This document shows, one piece after another, positions 53,540 through 63,782 of a stretch of 64,000 nucleotides of DNA. The position numbers and the translations under genes are program-made. The DNA is from Minisyncoccota bacterium (GTDB lineage: Bacteria; Patescibacteriota; Minisyncoccia; Phycocordibacterales; UBA12079), in assembly GCA_023140255.1 (NCBI GenBank), contig JAGLLX010000003.1, positions 7,485 to 71,484 on the forward strand, written 5' to 3'. Within the stretch, counting starts at the first letter, position 1. Each line of letters opens with the position of its first letter. Under the pieces are notes generated by a model, which was not told the DNA's origin, did no database searches, and was given only the letters and a program-made list of their open reading frames with translations.

Positions 53540-54631
53540 ATGCGAGATCTAAAGAATAAAATAAAAAGTCGTACTAATCACCACCTGGTAAAAACGAAAT
53601 CTTGGTTTAAGAAAAATGAAAAATATCTAATTATTGGGTTTTTTACATTTGGTTTAATTGTAGATAATTTAACCTTAACTAGAATTGATCAAGTTTTTGA
53701 TAATTTAGTAATTTTAAGTTATTTATTTTTGGCTGTAATTAGTATTATTTTAATTAATTATTTTAAAGCTAAAGAAAATCAAGGTAAATATTCATATTTT
53801 TCAAAATTTGAGAAATATCTTCCTTTAGCTACTCAATTTGCTTTTGGAGGACTTTTTAGTGCTTATATTATTTTTTATACAAAATCTGCGTCTTGGGCGA
53901 CTAGTTGGTTTTTTCTTCTAATTATTTTTGGGTTATTTATTGGAAATGAGAAATTTAGAAAAAAATATAAGGAAATTGACTTCCAAATAAATATTTTATT
54001 TTTAGCGTTGTTTTCTTTTATGATTTTTTTCGTACCTGTTATCCTAAAACAAATAGGTGTTTGGATTTTTATTTTAAGTGGAGTTTTAAGTCTTTTATTA
54101 ATCTACGGCTTAATTAAATTTATCTCTTCCTTTGTTCTTGAAATAAGTCAAAAACGAAAAAAGGAAATATTTACACATATTATGGGTGTTTTTCTTTTAT
54201 TTAACTTGATGTATTTTTTAAATATTATTCCTCCAGTCCCTTTATCAATGAAAGAAATTGGAGTTTATAGAAATATAGAGAAAAGTGCTAACGGGGATTA
54301 TTTGTTAGAAGAGGTGGAAGTTCCTTGGTATTCTTTTGGAAATTATTTTATAAAAATATCCCAAGGGCCTGTTTATATTTATGCTTCAGTTTTTGCACCT
54401 ACTGATTTGGAAACGGAAATAATTTATGAATGGTTTCGTTATGATGAACAAAAAAATAGATGGCTTTCTTATGATGAAGTAAAATATTCAATTAAAGGAG
54501 GAAGAGGAGATGGTTATAGAGGATATGTGTATTCCGCTAATTTGGAAATAGGAGAGTGGAGAGTGGATGTAAAAACAAAATCAAGTTTAGTTATAGGAAG
54601 AATTAAATTTGAAATAAAAGATACAATTTGA
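53540..54631 (+). CDS. Polytopic membrane protein, unknown function
   Basis: At least 8 hydrophobic segments and a soluble C-terminal ~130 aa. Confidence 0.4.
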   Translation: MRDLKNKIKSRTNHHLVKTKSWFKKNEKYLIIGFFTFGLIVDNLTLTRIDQVFDNLVILSYLFLAVISIILINYFKAKENQGKYSYFSKFEKYLPLATQFAFGGLFSAYIIFYTKSASWATSWFFLLIIFGLFIGNEKFRKKYKEIDFQINILFLALFSFMIFFVPVILKQIGVWIFILSGVLSLLLIYGLIKFISSFVLEISQKRKKEIFTHIMGVFLLFNLMYFLNIIPPVPLSMKEIGVYRNIEKSANGDYLLEEVEVPWYSFGNYFIKISQGPVYIYASVFAPTDLETEIIYEWFRYDEQKNRWLSYDEVKYSIKGGRGDGYRGYVYSANLEIGEWRVDVKTKSSLVIGRIKFEIKDTI

Positions 54632-54957
54632 CTTAATAAATTATTTATTGTCTAACAGAAATAGCCGTTGACTTTTGTATTGATTTTGATAGTATATGGA
54701 CAGTACTTGAATCTTGGCTTGCCAAAATTTAGGTACTATGAAAAACATCGTTTTCCTTCGGGATTGCGGTGTTTTTCATTTGTTAGGTAAAATGTAAGTT
54801 GGTTTTTAATTTTTAAAATGATAAAATCAAGAAGTTATTATAAATAAGTCAAAAGTCTATAAAGTCCATAAAGTTTATAAAGTAAAAAAATTACTCCGCA
54901 ATTTTTTTAAAAAAGACTTTCGACTTTCGACTTTATAGACTTTTAACTAAATTTATT

Positions 54958-55185
54958 ATGGGATTAAAAGATATGATGATGAAGAAGATGTTGAAGTCAC
55001 AACTAAAAGATGTGCCTGAAGCAGAACAAGAGAAAATTTTAAAAGTTGTTACTGAAAATCCAGAATTGTTTCAAAAAATTGGAACAGAAGTTCAAGCTAA
55101 AATGAAAGAGGGTAAAGATCAAATGACAGCTACTATGGAAGTTATGAGTAATTACCAAAACGAGTTAAAAGATATTCTTAAATAA
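54958..55185 (+). CDS. Small hypothetical protein
   Basis: 75 aa, Lys/Glu-rich, directly upstream of ychF. Confidence 0.3.
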   Translation: MGLKDMMMKKMLKSQLKDVPEAEQEKILKVVTENPELFQKIGTEVQAKMKEGKDQMTATMEVMSNYQNELKDILK

Positions 55186-55187
55186 TT

Positions 55188-56282
55188 ATGTTATCAATCG
55201 GAATTGTTGGCTTACCTAATGTTGGAAAATCTACATTATTTAATGCTTTAACTGAAAAATCTGTTCTTGCAGAAAATTATCCTTTCTGTACTATTGACCC
55301 TTCTGTAGGGGTTGTTTCTGTGCCTGACGCTCGTTTAGACAAATTGAGTAAGTTTTCTAATTCTCAAAAAACAGTTCACACTGCGATTGAATTTGTAGAT
55401 ATTGCTGGTTTGGTAGCTGGAGCACACGAAGGGGAAGGTTTAGGGAATAAATTTTTAGCTAATATCCGTGAGACTGACGCTATTATTGAAATAGTCCGAA
55501 TTTTTGAAGATGAAGATGTAATTCATGTGAATGGAAAGATAGATCCAATGAGTGATATTGAAGTAATTAATTTAGAGTTAGTAATGGCTGATTTCCAAAC
55601 TGTTTCAAAGCGAATTGCTAATTTGGGAAGAGATTTAAAAAAAGGAGATAAAGATGCTGTTGCTGAAAATAATATTTTAGTAAAGATTGAAAAAGCTCTT
55701 GATGACGGAAAATTTGCTAGTTCAATAGAATGTAATGAAGAAGAGCAAAAAATGCTTAAGTCTTTAAATCTTTTAACTATTAAACCAATTTTGTATGCTT
55801 TTAATAAAAAAATGGGAGGAAAAAATTTAGATGAAATGGATGACCTCTGTTGGGAAGAAGTTTTAAAATTTTTAGAAACTTCAGATTCAAAATGGATAAA
55901 AATTGATACTCAAATAGAACATGAATTAAAAGATTTGCCCGAAGACGAAAGGGAAGAATATAAACAAACTTTAGGAGGTTCTTGTGACGATATTGATATT
56001 TTAATTAGAAAAAGTTATGAGCTTTTAGATTTGATTACTTTTTTGACTACAGGAGAAGAAGAGTCACGAGCATGGACAACCAAAAGAGATTCAATCGCTC
56101 CGATAGCAGGAACAGCTATTCATACAGATTTTAAAGATAAATTTATAAAAGCAGATGTTATTAATTGGGAAGATTTATTAAACGCGGGTTCTCGCGCTCA
56201 AGCCAGAGAAAAAGGCTTAATTAGAATTGAAGGAAAAGAATACATTGTTAAAGATGGTGATGTTATAGAATTCAAAATTTAA
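55188..56282 (+). CDS. ychF: Ribosome-binding ATPase YchF (Obg-family GTPase/ATPase)
   Basis: [20 protein letters not shown]1 motif and the C-terminal TGS-like EFKI. Confidence 0.85.
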   Translation: MLSIGIVGLPNVGKSTLFNALTEKSVLAENYPFCTIDPSVGVVSVPDARLDKLSKFSNSQKTVHTAIEFVDIAGLVAGAHEGEGLGNKFLANIRETDAIIEIVRIFEDEDVIHVNGKIDPMSDIEVINLELVMADFQTVSKRIANLGRDLKKGDKDAVAENNILVKIEKALDDGKFASSIECNEEEQKMLKSLNLLTIKPILYAFNKKMGGKNLDEMDDLCWEEVLKFLETSDSKWIKIDTQIEHELKDLPEDEREEYKQTLGGSCDDIDILIRKSYELLDLITFLTTGEEESRAWTTKRDSIAPIAGTAIHTDFKDKFIKADVINWEDLLNAGSRAQAREKGLIRIEGKEYIVKDGDVIEFKI

Positions 56283-56446
56283 TTTAACTAAAAGTATTAT
56301 CAAAAAACTAAAAATAGTGCAATCGATTGCACTATTTTTAGTTTTTTTAAATTTTAAATTCAGTATTAAGTGGTATGTAGTAAGTATTATGTATATGGGT
56401 TTTAGCTTTCCGCCCAAGGCGGACAGGCGTAAAATCCGTTTGTTTT

Positions 56447-57034
56447 GTGTTTTTTAGTGATATAATTAAACTATTATTAATTATAACTAAAAATATCATG
56501 GAAACTAAAAAAATATTAAAATGGCCTTTAATAATTGGAATAGTAATTGTTCTTAATCTATTCTTTTTGTATGCGGTTAAAGTAGCTTATCCAGAACCTG
56601 AATACGAAGACTATTGTCCAAAAGAGCAAGTAGTAAGAGCTATAGGTTCAGAAGAAGAGTGTCTTGAAGGAGGGGGACAATGGACTGAAAAACCTCATTA
56701 TGAAACTTATGCACCACAACTTGTGGAAGAATATGTTGCTGGTTATTGTGATCAACAATTTACTTGTCATGATGAATTTGATACTGCTCGGGAAGATTAT
56801 GAGAGAAATGTGTTTATAGCTTTGATTATTTTTGGAGTTATTTCTACCATTGTTGGTTTTATGACTTTAGGTAAGGAAGTAGTTTCAATTGCTCTTTCTC
56901 TAGGTGGAGTATTAGCCTTTATTATTGCTTCAGTGAGATATTGGAGATATGCAAGTGATTGGTTACATTTGGGAATTTTAGGACTTGCTTTAGCTGTTCT
57001 AATCTATTTAGCAATAAAAAAGTTTACTGAGTAA
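56447..57034 (+). CDS. Membrane protein, unknown function
   Basis: Hydrophobic N- and C-terminal segments. The true start is probably the internal Met (METKKILKW). Confidence 0.35.
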   Translation: MFFSDIIKLLLIITKNIMETKKILKWPLIIGIVIVLNLFFLYAVKVAYPEPEYEDYCPKEQVVRAIGSEEECLEGGGQWTEKPHYETYAPQLVEEYVAGYCDQQFTCHDEFDTAREDYERNVFIALIIFGVISTIVGFMTLGKEVVSIALSLGGVLAFIIASVRYWRYASDWLHLGILGLALAVLIYLAIKKFTE

Positions 57035-57162
57035 TTAATTTAAATTTAACGCATAACTTTGTCGGTTTCGGAAAAATTTATTTCACCGTATTTCCAATAC
57101 GTCTCAATAAATTTTTCTTTACCTCCTCGTTCTGCATCTAAATTAAAATTAATTAAAAAAAA

Positions 57163-57203
57163 CAAAAAATCCATCGGCTCACTAGTGAGCCGATGGATTT
57201 TTT
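57163..57203 (+). terminator. Terminator hairpin upstream of leuS
   Basis: aaaaaatccatcggctcac-tag-tgagccgatggatttttt. Confidence 0.55.
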
Positions 57204-57244
57204 GTTTTTTTATCTTTAAACCTATGCTAAAATGGTTTTTAACT

Positions 57245-59713
57245 ATGAAAAAATATGATCATAAAAAAATAGAGAAGAAATGGCAAGGACAGTGGAAGAA
57301 AAATCATGTGGTCAAGGTAGATAAAGACGATCAGTCAAAAGAAAAATTTTATATGTTGGATATGTTCCCTTATCCTTCAGGAGAAGGTTTGCATATGGGA
57401 CATACAGAATCTTATACTGCTTCGGATGTATTTTATCGTTTTAAAAAGATGCAAGGTTTTAACGTCTTACACCCGCAAGGTTTTGATTCTTTTGGTTTAC
57501 CAGCTGAGAATTATGCGATTAAAACAGGTGTTCACCCAGCAGAAACTACTCAACAAAATATAGAGAATTATATCGCTCAAATGAAATCTCTTGGTTTGAA
57601 TTATGATTTTGATGAAATGGTTAATTCTTCAGACCCTGAATATTATAAATGGACACAGTGGTTATTTGGTGAGTTTTTTAAAAATAATTTAGTTTACAAA
57701 AAAACAGCTAAAATAAATTGGTGTGAATCTTGTCAGACTGGAATTGCAAATGAACAAGTAGTAGGAGGGGAATGTGAAAGATGTAATACCGAGATTATGC
57801 AAAAAGAAATTCCTGGATGGTTTTTTAAAATTACAGATTTTGCTGATGCTTTGATTGAAGACTTAGATAAAGTTGATTGGCCAGAATATACAATTAAAAA
57901 TCAAAGAAATTGGATAGGAAAATCAGAAGGAGCTAAAATAAAGTTTGAAATAAAGAATTTTGATAAAAAGATTGAAGTATTTACAACAAGACCAGATACT
58001 TTGTTTGGGGCAACTTATATGGTTTTGTCTCCTGAACACAAACTCGTAGCAGAGCTACTCGAGAATAAAGATTTAAGATTTAGGAATTATGATGAGGTTG
58101 AAAAATATATAATAGAAACTCAAAAAAAATCAGAAATGGATAGAGTTGAAGGAAAGGAAAAAACAGGGGTTCTACTTTTGGGAATTTCTGCTATCAACCC
58201 AGCAAACAAAGAGGAGATTCCAATTTTTATTGCTGATTATGTCTTAAGTGGTTACGGAACAGGAGCAATTATGGCTGTTCCAGCTCATGATACGAGAGAC
58301 TATGAGTTTGCTGATACTCATAAACTAGAAATAAGAAAAGTTATTGTAAGGAGTGGAGATATAGAAATTTTATCAACAGCAAAAACGAAAAAAGGAGATG
58401 TTGAGATCTTTTGTGAAAAAGGGAAACTAATAAATTCAGGAAAATTTGATGGAATGGATTCTGAAGAAGCTCAAAAGAAAATCACAGAATTCGTGGGTGG
58501 AGAATTAACTACAAATTATCGTCTAAGAGATTGGTCAATTTCAAGACAAAGATATTGGGGTTGTCCAATACCAGTTGTTTATTCGCCTGAAGGTGAAGCT
58601 AGATTAATTCCAGAAGAACATTTACCATGGTTACTTCCAACAGATGTTGATTTCAAACCAACTGGAATTTCTCCATTAGCTGACTCAAAAGAATTAAAAG
58701 AAAGAACTGAGAAAATTTTTGGTAAAGGTTGGATCCCGGAATATGACACAATGGATACTTTTGTAGATTCGTCTTGGTATTTTTTGAGATATCCTGATGC
58801 TCATAATGATAATGAATTTTGTTCAGAGGCTCGTAAAAAATGGTTACCTGTTGATTTATATATTGGAGGAGCAGAACATACTTATATGCATCTTTTATTT
58901 TCTCGTTTTTTTGTAAAAGCTCTGAAGCAGATTGGATTATTAAATTTTGATGAACCTTTTATGAAATTGAGACATCAAGGTATGGTTCTAGATAGTGAAG
59001 GAAAAAAGATGTCTAAGTCTAAAGGAAATGTAGTTAATCCAACAGAAATGGTAGAAAGATTTGGGGCAGATTCAGTTAGAGCTTATATATTATTTGCAGC
59101 ACCCCTAGAAGATGAGGTAATATGGAATGAAAATAATATTGTAGGAATTTATCGCTTTTTAGAAAAAATCTTTAGATATACAAATGAATGGATAATTTTT
59201 AATAGAGATAATGAAAAAATAAATTTAAATAAGGAAATTGATTCTTTGCTTCATAAAACTATAAAAAAAGTTACAGAAGATATTGAAAATTTAAAATATA
59301 ATACAGCTATATCTAGTTTGATGATCTTTGTTAATAAGATAAGAGAACAACGAGGAAATACAAGTGAAAATCAATTAATGACCTTGTTCCAACTTGAATC
59401 ATTTTTAAAAATATTAGCTCCTTTTGCTCCTCATATTACCGAAGAACTTTGGGCAGGATTAGGACATACAGAATCAATTCATTTAGAAGAATGGCCAGAA
59501 TATAACGAGAAATTAGCCAAAGATGACAAGCATATAGTGGTTATTCAGATAAATGGAAAAGTGCGGTCAGAAATTGAAATTGAAGACGGAGAAGACGAAG
59601 AAAATATCAAAAAAAGAGCTTTAGAAGACGAAAAAGTTCAAAAATGGGTAGTTGAAAAAGAGATAAAAAAGACAATTTATATTACTAATAAATTATTAAA
59701 TATTGTGATTTAA
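57245..59713 (+). CDS. leuS: Leucine--tRNA ligase
   Basis: HIGH-type motif GLHMGH and KMSKS motif KMSKSKGN. The start was set at MKKYDHKKIEKKWQ; the tabulated ORF at 57059 reads through the terminator. Confidence 0.85.
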   Translation: MKKYDHKKIEKKWQGQWKKNHVVKVDKDDQSKEKFYMLDMFPYPSGEGLHMGHTESYTASDVFYRFKKMQGFNVLHPQGFDSFGLPAENYAIKTGVHPAETTQQNIENYIAQMKSLGLNYDFDEMVNSSDPEYYKWTQWLFGEFFKNNLVYKKTAKINWCESCQTGIANEQVVGGECERCNTEIMQKEIPGWFFKITDFADALIEDLDKVDWPEYTIKNQRNWIGKSEGAKIKFEIKNFDKKIEVFTTRPDTLFGATYMVLSPEHKLVAELLENKDLRFRNYDEVEKYIIETQKKSEMDRVEGKEKTGVLLLGISAINPANKEEIPIFIADYVLSGYGTGAIMAVPAHDTRDYEFADTHKLEIRKVIVRSGDIEILSTAKTKKGDVEIFCEKGKLINSGKFDGMDSEEAQKKITEFVGGELTTNYRLRDWSISRQRYWGCPIPVVYSPEGEARLIPEEHLPWLLPTDVDFKPTGISPLADSKELKERTEKIFGKGWIPEYDTMDTFVDSSWYFLRYPDAHNDNEFCSEARKKWLPVDLYIGGAEHTYMHLLFSRFFVKALKQIGLLNFDEPFMKLRHQGMVLDSEGKKMSKSKGNVVNPTEMVERFGADSVRAYILFAAPLEDEVIWNENNIVGIYRFLEKIFRYTNEWIIFNRDNEKINLNKEIDSLLHKTIKKVTEDIENLKYNTAISSLMIFVNKIREQRGNTSENQLMTLFQLESFLKILAPFAPHITEELWAGLGHTESIHLEEWPEYNEKLAKDDKHIVVIQINGKVRSEIEIEDGEDEENIKKRALEDEKVQKWVVEKEIKKTIYITNKLLNIVI

Positions 59714-59762
59714 CAAAAGCTTGACTTTTTGCTTAAATAATGATAAAAATAAGAGAAATAAA

Positions 59763-60791
59763 ATGACAACAACTTTTAATTCAAAAGAAATAGTTCAAAA
59801 TTTTCTTGAAGGACTTCCCAAAAGATCACAAGATATCTTAACTAAGAGATATGGTTTAGGTAATTCTGTGAAAAGACACACTTTAGAATCTATTGGACAA
59901 AAATATAAGATTACTCGTGAAAGAGTAAGACAAATTGAAAATCATTCAATTAAAAACATCATAAAATCTGATGATTTTTCTAAAGCAGAAAAATATTTTA
60001 ATGAATTAGTTAATATCATAGAAAGTATTGGGGGATTAGCTGAAGAAAAATCTTTGCTTGAATATTTATCAAAAGATGTTTCTGAACAAAATTATCTTCA
60101 TTTTTTATTTGTAATAGGGAATCCTTTTTATAAAGATAAAAGAGATAATGATTTTGATGCTAAATGGTATACAGATAAAAAAGTAGCTGAAAATGTAATC
60201 AAAGTTTTAAAGAGAGTTCATAGTCAATTTGAAGAAGACCAATTATTTACAGAAGTTCAGTTAATAGATTTAGTTCGCAAAGAAGCTAATAAATTAAAGA
60301 ATAGAAAAGAACTTAATGATGATCAGATTAAAAATTGGTTAACAGCATCAAGAGTAATTGGTAGAAATCCTTTTAATGAATGGGGTTTAGCTACTTCTCA
60401 AAATATTAAGATTAGAGGAATTAGAAGTTATGCTTATTTGGTTGTAAGACAAAATGGTTCCCCAATGCATTTTAAAGAAGTTGCTAAAATGATAAATAAA
60501 CATTTTAAAAAGAACGTTCACACTGCTACTTGTCATAACGAATTAATTAAAGATGAAAGATTTGTTTTGGTAGGAAGAGGGATGTATGCTTTAACTGAAT
60601 GGGGATATACTAAAGGGATAGTAAAAGATGTTATTTTAGATATTTTAAAGAAAGAAGGAAAATTAACTAAAGAATCTGTTATTGATAGAGTTTTGAAAGA
60701 AAGATATGTTAAAGAAAACACTGTTATTGTAAATCTACAAAATTCAGATTATTTTAAAAAACATAAGGACGGAACATATTCACTTATATAA
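59763..60791 (+). CDS. Sigma-70 region-4-like HTH domain protein with an uncharacterised ~250-aa C-terminal domain
   Basis: LPKRSQDILTKRYGL...TLESIGQKYKITRERVRQIENHSIKNI matches sigma-70 region 4.2. Regions 2 and 3 are absent. Confidence 0.45.
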   Translation: MTTTFNSKEIVQNFLEGLPKRSQDILTKRYGLGNSVKRHTLESIGQKYKITRERVRQIENHSIKNIIKSDDFSKAEKYFNELVNIIESIGGLAEEKSLLEYLSKDVSEQNYLHFLFVIGNPFYKDKRDNDFDAKWYTDKKVAENVIKVLKRVHSQFEEDQLFTEVQLIDLVRKEANKLKNRKELNDDQIKNWLTASRVIGRNPFNEWGLATSQNIKIRGIRSYAYLVVRQNGSPMHFKEVAKMINKHFKKNVHTATCHNELIKDERFVLVGRGMYALTEWGYTKGIVKDVILDILKKEGKLTKESVIDRVLKERYVKENTVIVNLQNSDYFKKHKDGTYSLI

Positions 60792-60795
60792 ACAT

Positions 60796-60833
60796 AAAAA
60801 TAAACGGCTCACCTAGGTGAGCCGTTTATTTTT
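60796..60833. terminator. Bidirectional terminator; the core of a 48-nt perfect palindrome
   Basis: aacataaaaataaacggctcacc|taggtgagccgtttatttttatgtt. Confidence 0.6.
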
Positions 60834-60903
60834 ATGTTTAAAAAAAGAAGTTATCTACATTTTTGCTTCTTTTAATACTTTTTTGTAGTAAAATAGAGGT
60901 TAT

Positions 60904-62160
60904 ATGATAGAAACTTTCGCGAGTATGTTTCCTCCAATTTATTATCCTCTAGTTTTAGATACAATAAATTATTTGTATTTGTTTGTTCCTATTTGGCTGC
61001 CTATAATATTAATAGCTGTATTATGGAATAATTGGTTAGTTTATATTAGAACTAAGTTTATTAATGAACAAGACTATAAGTTGCTAGAAATTAAATTACC
61101 AAATGAAATTAAGAAAACACCATTAGCGATGGAGTTGTTTTTGCATTCATTAATTCAAACAGGAGGAGAAGCAAATTGGTATCAAAAATTTATTGAAGGA
61201 AAATCTAGGCCAGTTTTTTCATTAGAAATGATTTCTTTAGAAGGGCAAGTTAAATTTTTTATTTGGACAAGAGGTTTTTTTAAAAATTTAGTAGAAGCTC
61301 AGATTTATGCACAATATCCAGATATTGAAATTACCGAAGTTGTTGATTATACTTCTTTTATTAATTTTGATCCGAAAGCTTTGGGTATGTGGGCAACTGA
61401 ATTTAAATTGAGTAAAGATGATTTTTATCCTATCAAAACTTATGTTGATTATGATATGGAGAGTAAAGGAGTGAAAGAAGAAGAGAAAATTGACCCAATT
61501 ACTCCGATAATTGAATTTTTAGGAGCAGTTGGCAGTGGTCAGCAAGTTTGGTTACAGATTCTTGTAAGAGCTCACAGGAAAGAAAGAAAAAAAGCTTTAT
61601 CTTGGAAAGAACGCTGGGAGAAAAAAGAATGGAGTTCACTTGAAGACTGGAGAGCTCAGTCTAAAGGAGAAATAAAAAAATTAATTGAAGAAGCTTCTAA
61701 ATCAGATGATAAAGAAAATAAAGCTATAAGAGCGATGACTAAAGGGGAATCCAATGTTATTGCAGCAATAGAAAGATCTGTTTCAAAATTAAGTTTTGAT
61801 TGTAATATCAGGGGTATTTATCTAGCCGAGAAAGATTCTTTTAATCCTATTAATATTGTTTCTATGATAGGAACTTTTAAACAATTTAATTCAAATGATT
61901 TAAATAGTTTTAAAATAACTCAAGTAACTGGTTTTGATTATCCTTGGCAAGATTATAAAGGGATTAGAACTGATAGAATTAAACGAAGATTATTTAATGA
62001 GTATAGACAAAGATCCTTTTCTCTTTTTTACAGACCTTTTGTTTTAAACGTTGAAGAATTAGCGACTGTATTCCATTTCCCTGGAGGTGTGGCACAAACT
62101 CCAACATTATCAAAATTGATGTCTAAGAAATCAGAGGCTCCATTTAATTTACCAACATAA
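60904..62160 (+). CDS. Hypothetical membrane-associated protein
   Basis: 418 aa. The N-terminus is hydrophobic and no motifs were recognised. Confidence 0.3.
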   Translation: MIETFASMFPPIYYPLVLDTINYLYLFVPIWLPIILIAVLWNNWLVYIRTKFINEQDYKLLEIKLPNEIKKTPLAMELFLHSLIQTGGEANWYQKFIEGKSRPVFSLEMISLEGQVKFFIWTRGFFKNLVEAQIYAQYPDIEITEVVDYTSFINFDPKALGMWATEFKLSKDDFYPIKTYVDYDMESKGVKEEEKIDPITPIIEFLGAVGSGQQVWLQILVRAHRKERKKALSWKERWEKKEWSSLEDWRAQSKGEIKKLIEEASKSDDKENKAIRAMTKGESNVIAAIERSVSKLSFDCNIRGIYLAEKDSFNPINIVSMIGTFKQFNSNDLNSFKITQVTGFDYPWQDYKGIRTDRIKRRLFNEYRQRSFSLFYRPFVLNVEELATVFHFPGGVAQTPTLSKLMSKKSEAPFNLPT

Positions 62161-62161
62161 T

Positions 62162-63241
62162 ATGTTTAGTTTCAGAAATAATAATTATAATTATAGAAAT
62201 TTAATAATTAAAATAAAAATCTTTTTAAATAAAATTTACCAATCAAGTAAAGTATATTTTAATGATTTCCATGCATATGTGAATAGGTTTGTTCATTGCC
62301 CTAAAATGAACCTTCTTGCCTTTATAGGTATTATAATTTCAATTGGTCTTTTTTATCAGACTTTAATTGTTGCTCCTGCAGATTTTCCTAAGGGAACTAT
62401 TATTACTGTTGAAAAAGGAGAAATATTGTCTGAAATTGCTTTTAACTTAGAAGAAGAAAAAGTAATTAAATCAGCAGAAATGTTTGAATTTTTTACTAAT
62501 TTATTGATGAGTGGAGACAGGGTAATGGCTGGAGATTATTTCTTTGAAAAAGATTATTCAGTTATTAGAATTGTTTGGAGAACCATAAGAGGTGTTTATG
62601 GAATTGCTCCTACTAGAATAGTTATTGTAGAAGGCTCCACTATTTTTAATATAGCGGAAACTTTAAAAACTCATTTTGAAGATTTTGATAAAGATAAATT
62701 TGTGAAATTAGCTGAAGCAGAAGAAGGATATTTATTTCCTGATACATATTATTTCTTACCAAATGTAACTCCTAAAGCTGTAATTAAAACAATGAAAGAA
62801 AATTTTGAAAAAAGACTTGAAGAAATTTCTCTTGAAATAGAAGAGTCAGGAAACACTTTAGAAGAAATTGTGATTATGGCTTCTATTTTAGAAAAAGAAG
62901 CGAGAACACTTAAATCTAAGCAAAAAATTGCAGGAATCTTGTGGAAGAGAATAGACATAAATATGCCTTTACAAGTAGATGCTGTTTTTCCATATATCAT
63001 AGGGAAGAATACATATCAACTAACACTAGATGATTTAAAGACTGAATCTCCTTATAATACTTATACTAATAAAGGGCTTCCTATTGGACCGATAGCTAAT
63101 CCAAGTATTTATTCTTTATTGGCTGCAGCTACTCCAGTTGAGTCTAATTATCTATTTTACTTATCTGATAGATCTGGAAATATGTATTATGCCGAAAATT
63201 TTGAAATACATAAAGAAAATAAGAGGCTTTATATGAATTAG
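62162..63241 (+). CDS. mltG: Endolytic murein transglycosylase (YceG/MltG family)
   Basis: N-terminal TM helix. The YceG signature region LTLDDLKTESPYNTYTNKGLPIGPIANP. The true start may be the internal Met at 62306. Confidence 0.7.
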   Translation: MFSFRNNNYNYRNLIIKIKIFLNKIYQSSKVYFNDFHAYVNRFVHCPKMNLLAFIGIIISIGLFYQTLIVAPADFPKGTIITVEKGEILSEIAFNLEEEKVIKSAEMFEFFTNLLMSGDRVMAGDYFFEKDYSVIRIVWRTIRGVYGIAPTRIVIVEGSTIFNIAETLKTHFEDFDKDKFVKLAEAEEGYLFPDTYYFLPNVTPKAVIKTMKENFEKRLEEISLEIEESGNTLEEIVIMASILEKEARTLKSKQKIAGILWKRIDINMPLQVDAVFPYIIGKNTYQLTLDDLKTESPYNTYTNKGLPIGPIANPSIYSLLAAATPVESNYLFYLSDRSGNMYYAENFEIHKENKRLYMN

Positions 63242-63286
63242 TTTAGGAAGTTAGAAATTAGGTATTTAGGAGAGTTAGTTTTAAAT

Positions 63287-63320
63287 AAAAATAGGTGGTC
63301 GCAAAGCGACCACCTATTTT
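63287..63320. terminator. Bidirectional terminator between mltG and the hsp20 gene
   Basis: aaataggtggtcgc-aaa-gcgaccacctatttttt. Confidence 0.6.
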
Positions 63321-63332
63321 TTATTTAGATTT

Positions 63333-63782
63333 TTATTTAACTTTCAAACTAGATTTTCTTTCTTTGTCTACCTTGGGAAGATTTAAAGTTAATAGTCCAT
63401 TCTTTTCAATAGCAACTGAGTTATCAATATCTATTTCAGTTGGCAATCCTATAGTTCTAGAAAAAGAACCCCAATAAAGTTCTTGTTTATAATAAGAATC
63501 TTTGCTGATTTCTCTTTCTTCATGGCGAGAACCTCTTATTGTAATAGAATCTCTGCTTATTGAAATATCCAAGTCTTCAGGGTTTACTCCTGCTACCATA
63601 GTCTTAAGAATAAGAGTGTCTCCTTCATCAGAAATATCAATAGCTAATTCTCCTTCCTTTTCCTCTTCTTCAAGATTGGGCGAGAAATTTTCGCTAGTAG
63701 GTTCAAAATCTAAAATATCATCATTTTCTTCTTCAGTATTATTGTTTGATGAAGCTGTTAATTTATCAAAAAAAGATTTCAT
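63333..63782 (-). CDS. Hsp20/alpha-crystallin small heat-shock protein with an acidic N-terminal extension
   Basis: C-terminal alpha-crystallin domain (...ISISRDSITIRGSRHEE...GLLTLNLPK). The N-terminal 45 aa are Glu/Asp-rich. Confidence 0.65.
   Translation of the reverse strand: MKSFFDKLTASSNNNTEEENDDILDFEPTSENFSPNLEEEEKEGELAIDISDEGDTLILKTMVAGVNPEDLDISISRDSITIRGSRHEEREISKDSYYKQELYWGSFSRTIGLPTEIDIDNSVAIEKNGLLTLNLPKVDKERKSSLKVK

Noticed and set aside
57059-57244. Extended leuS start at 57059
   Set aside because: The extension reads through a strong terminator hairpin (57163-57203). A canonical LeuS N-terminus begins at 57245.
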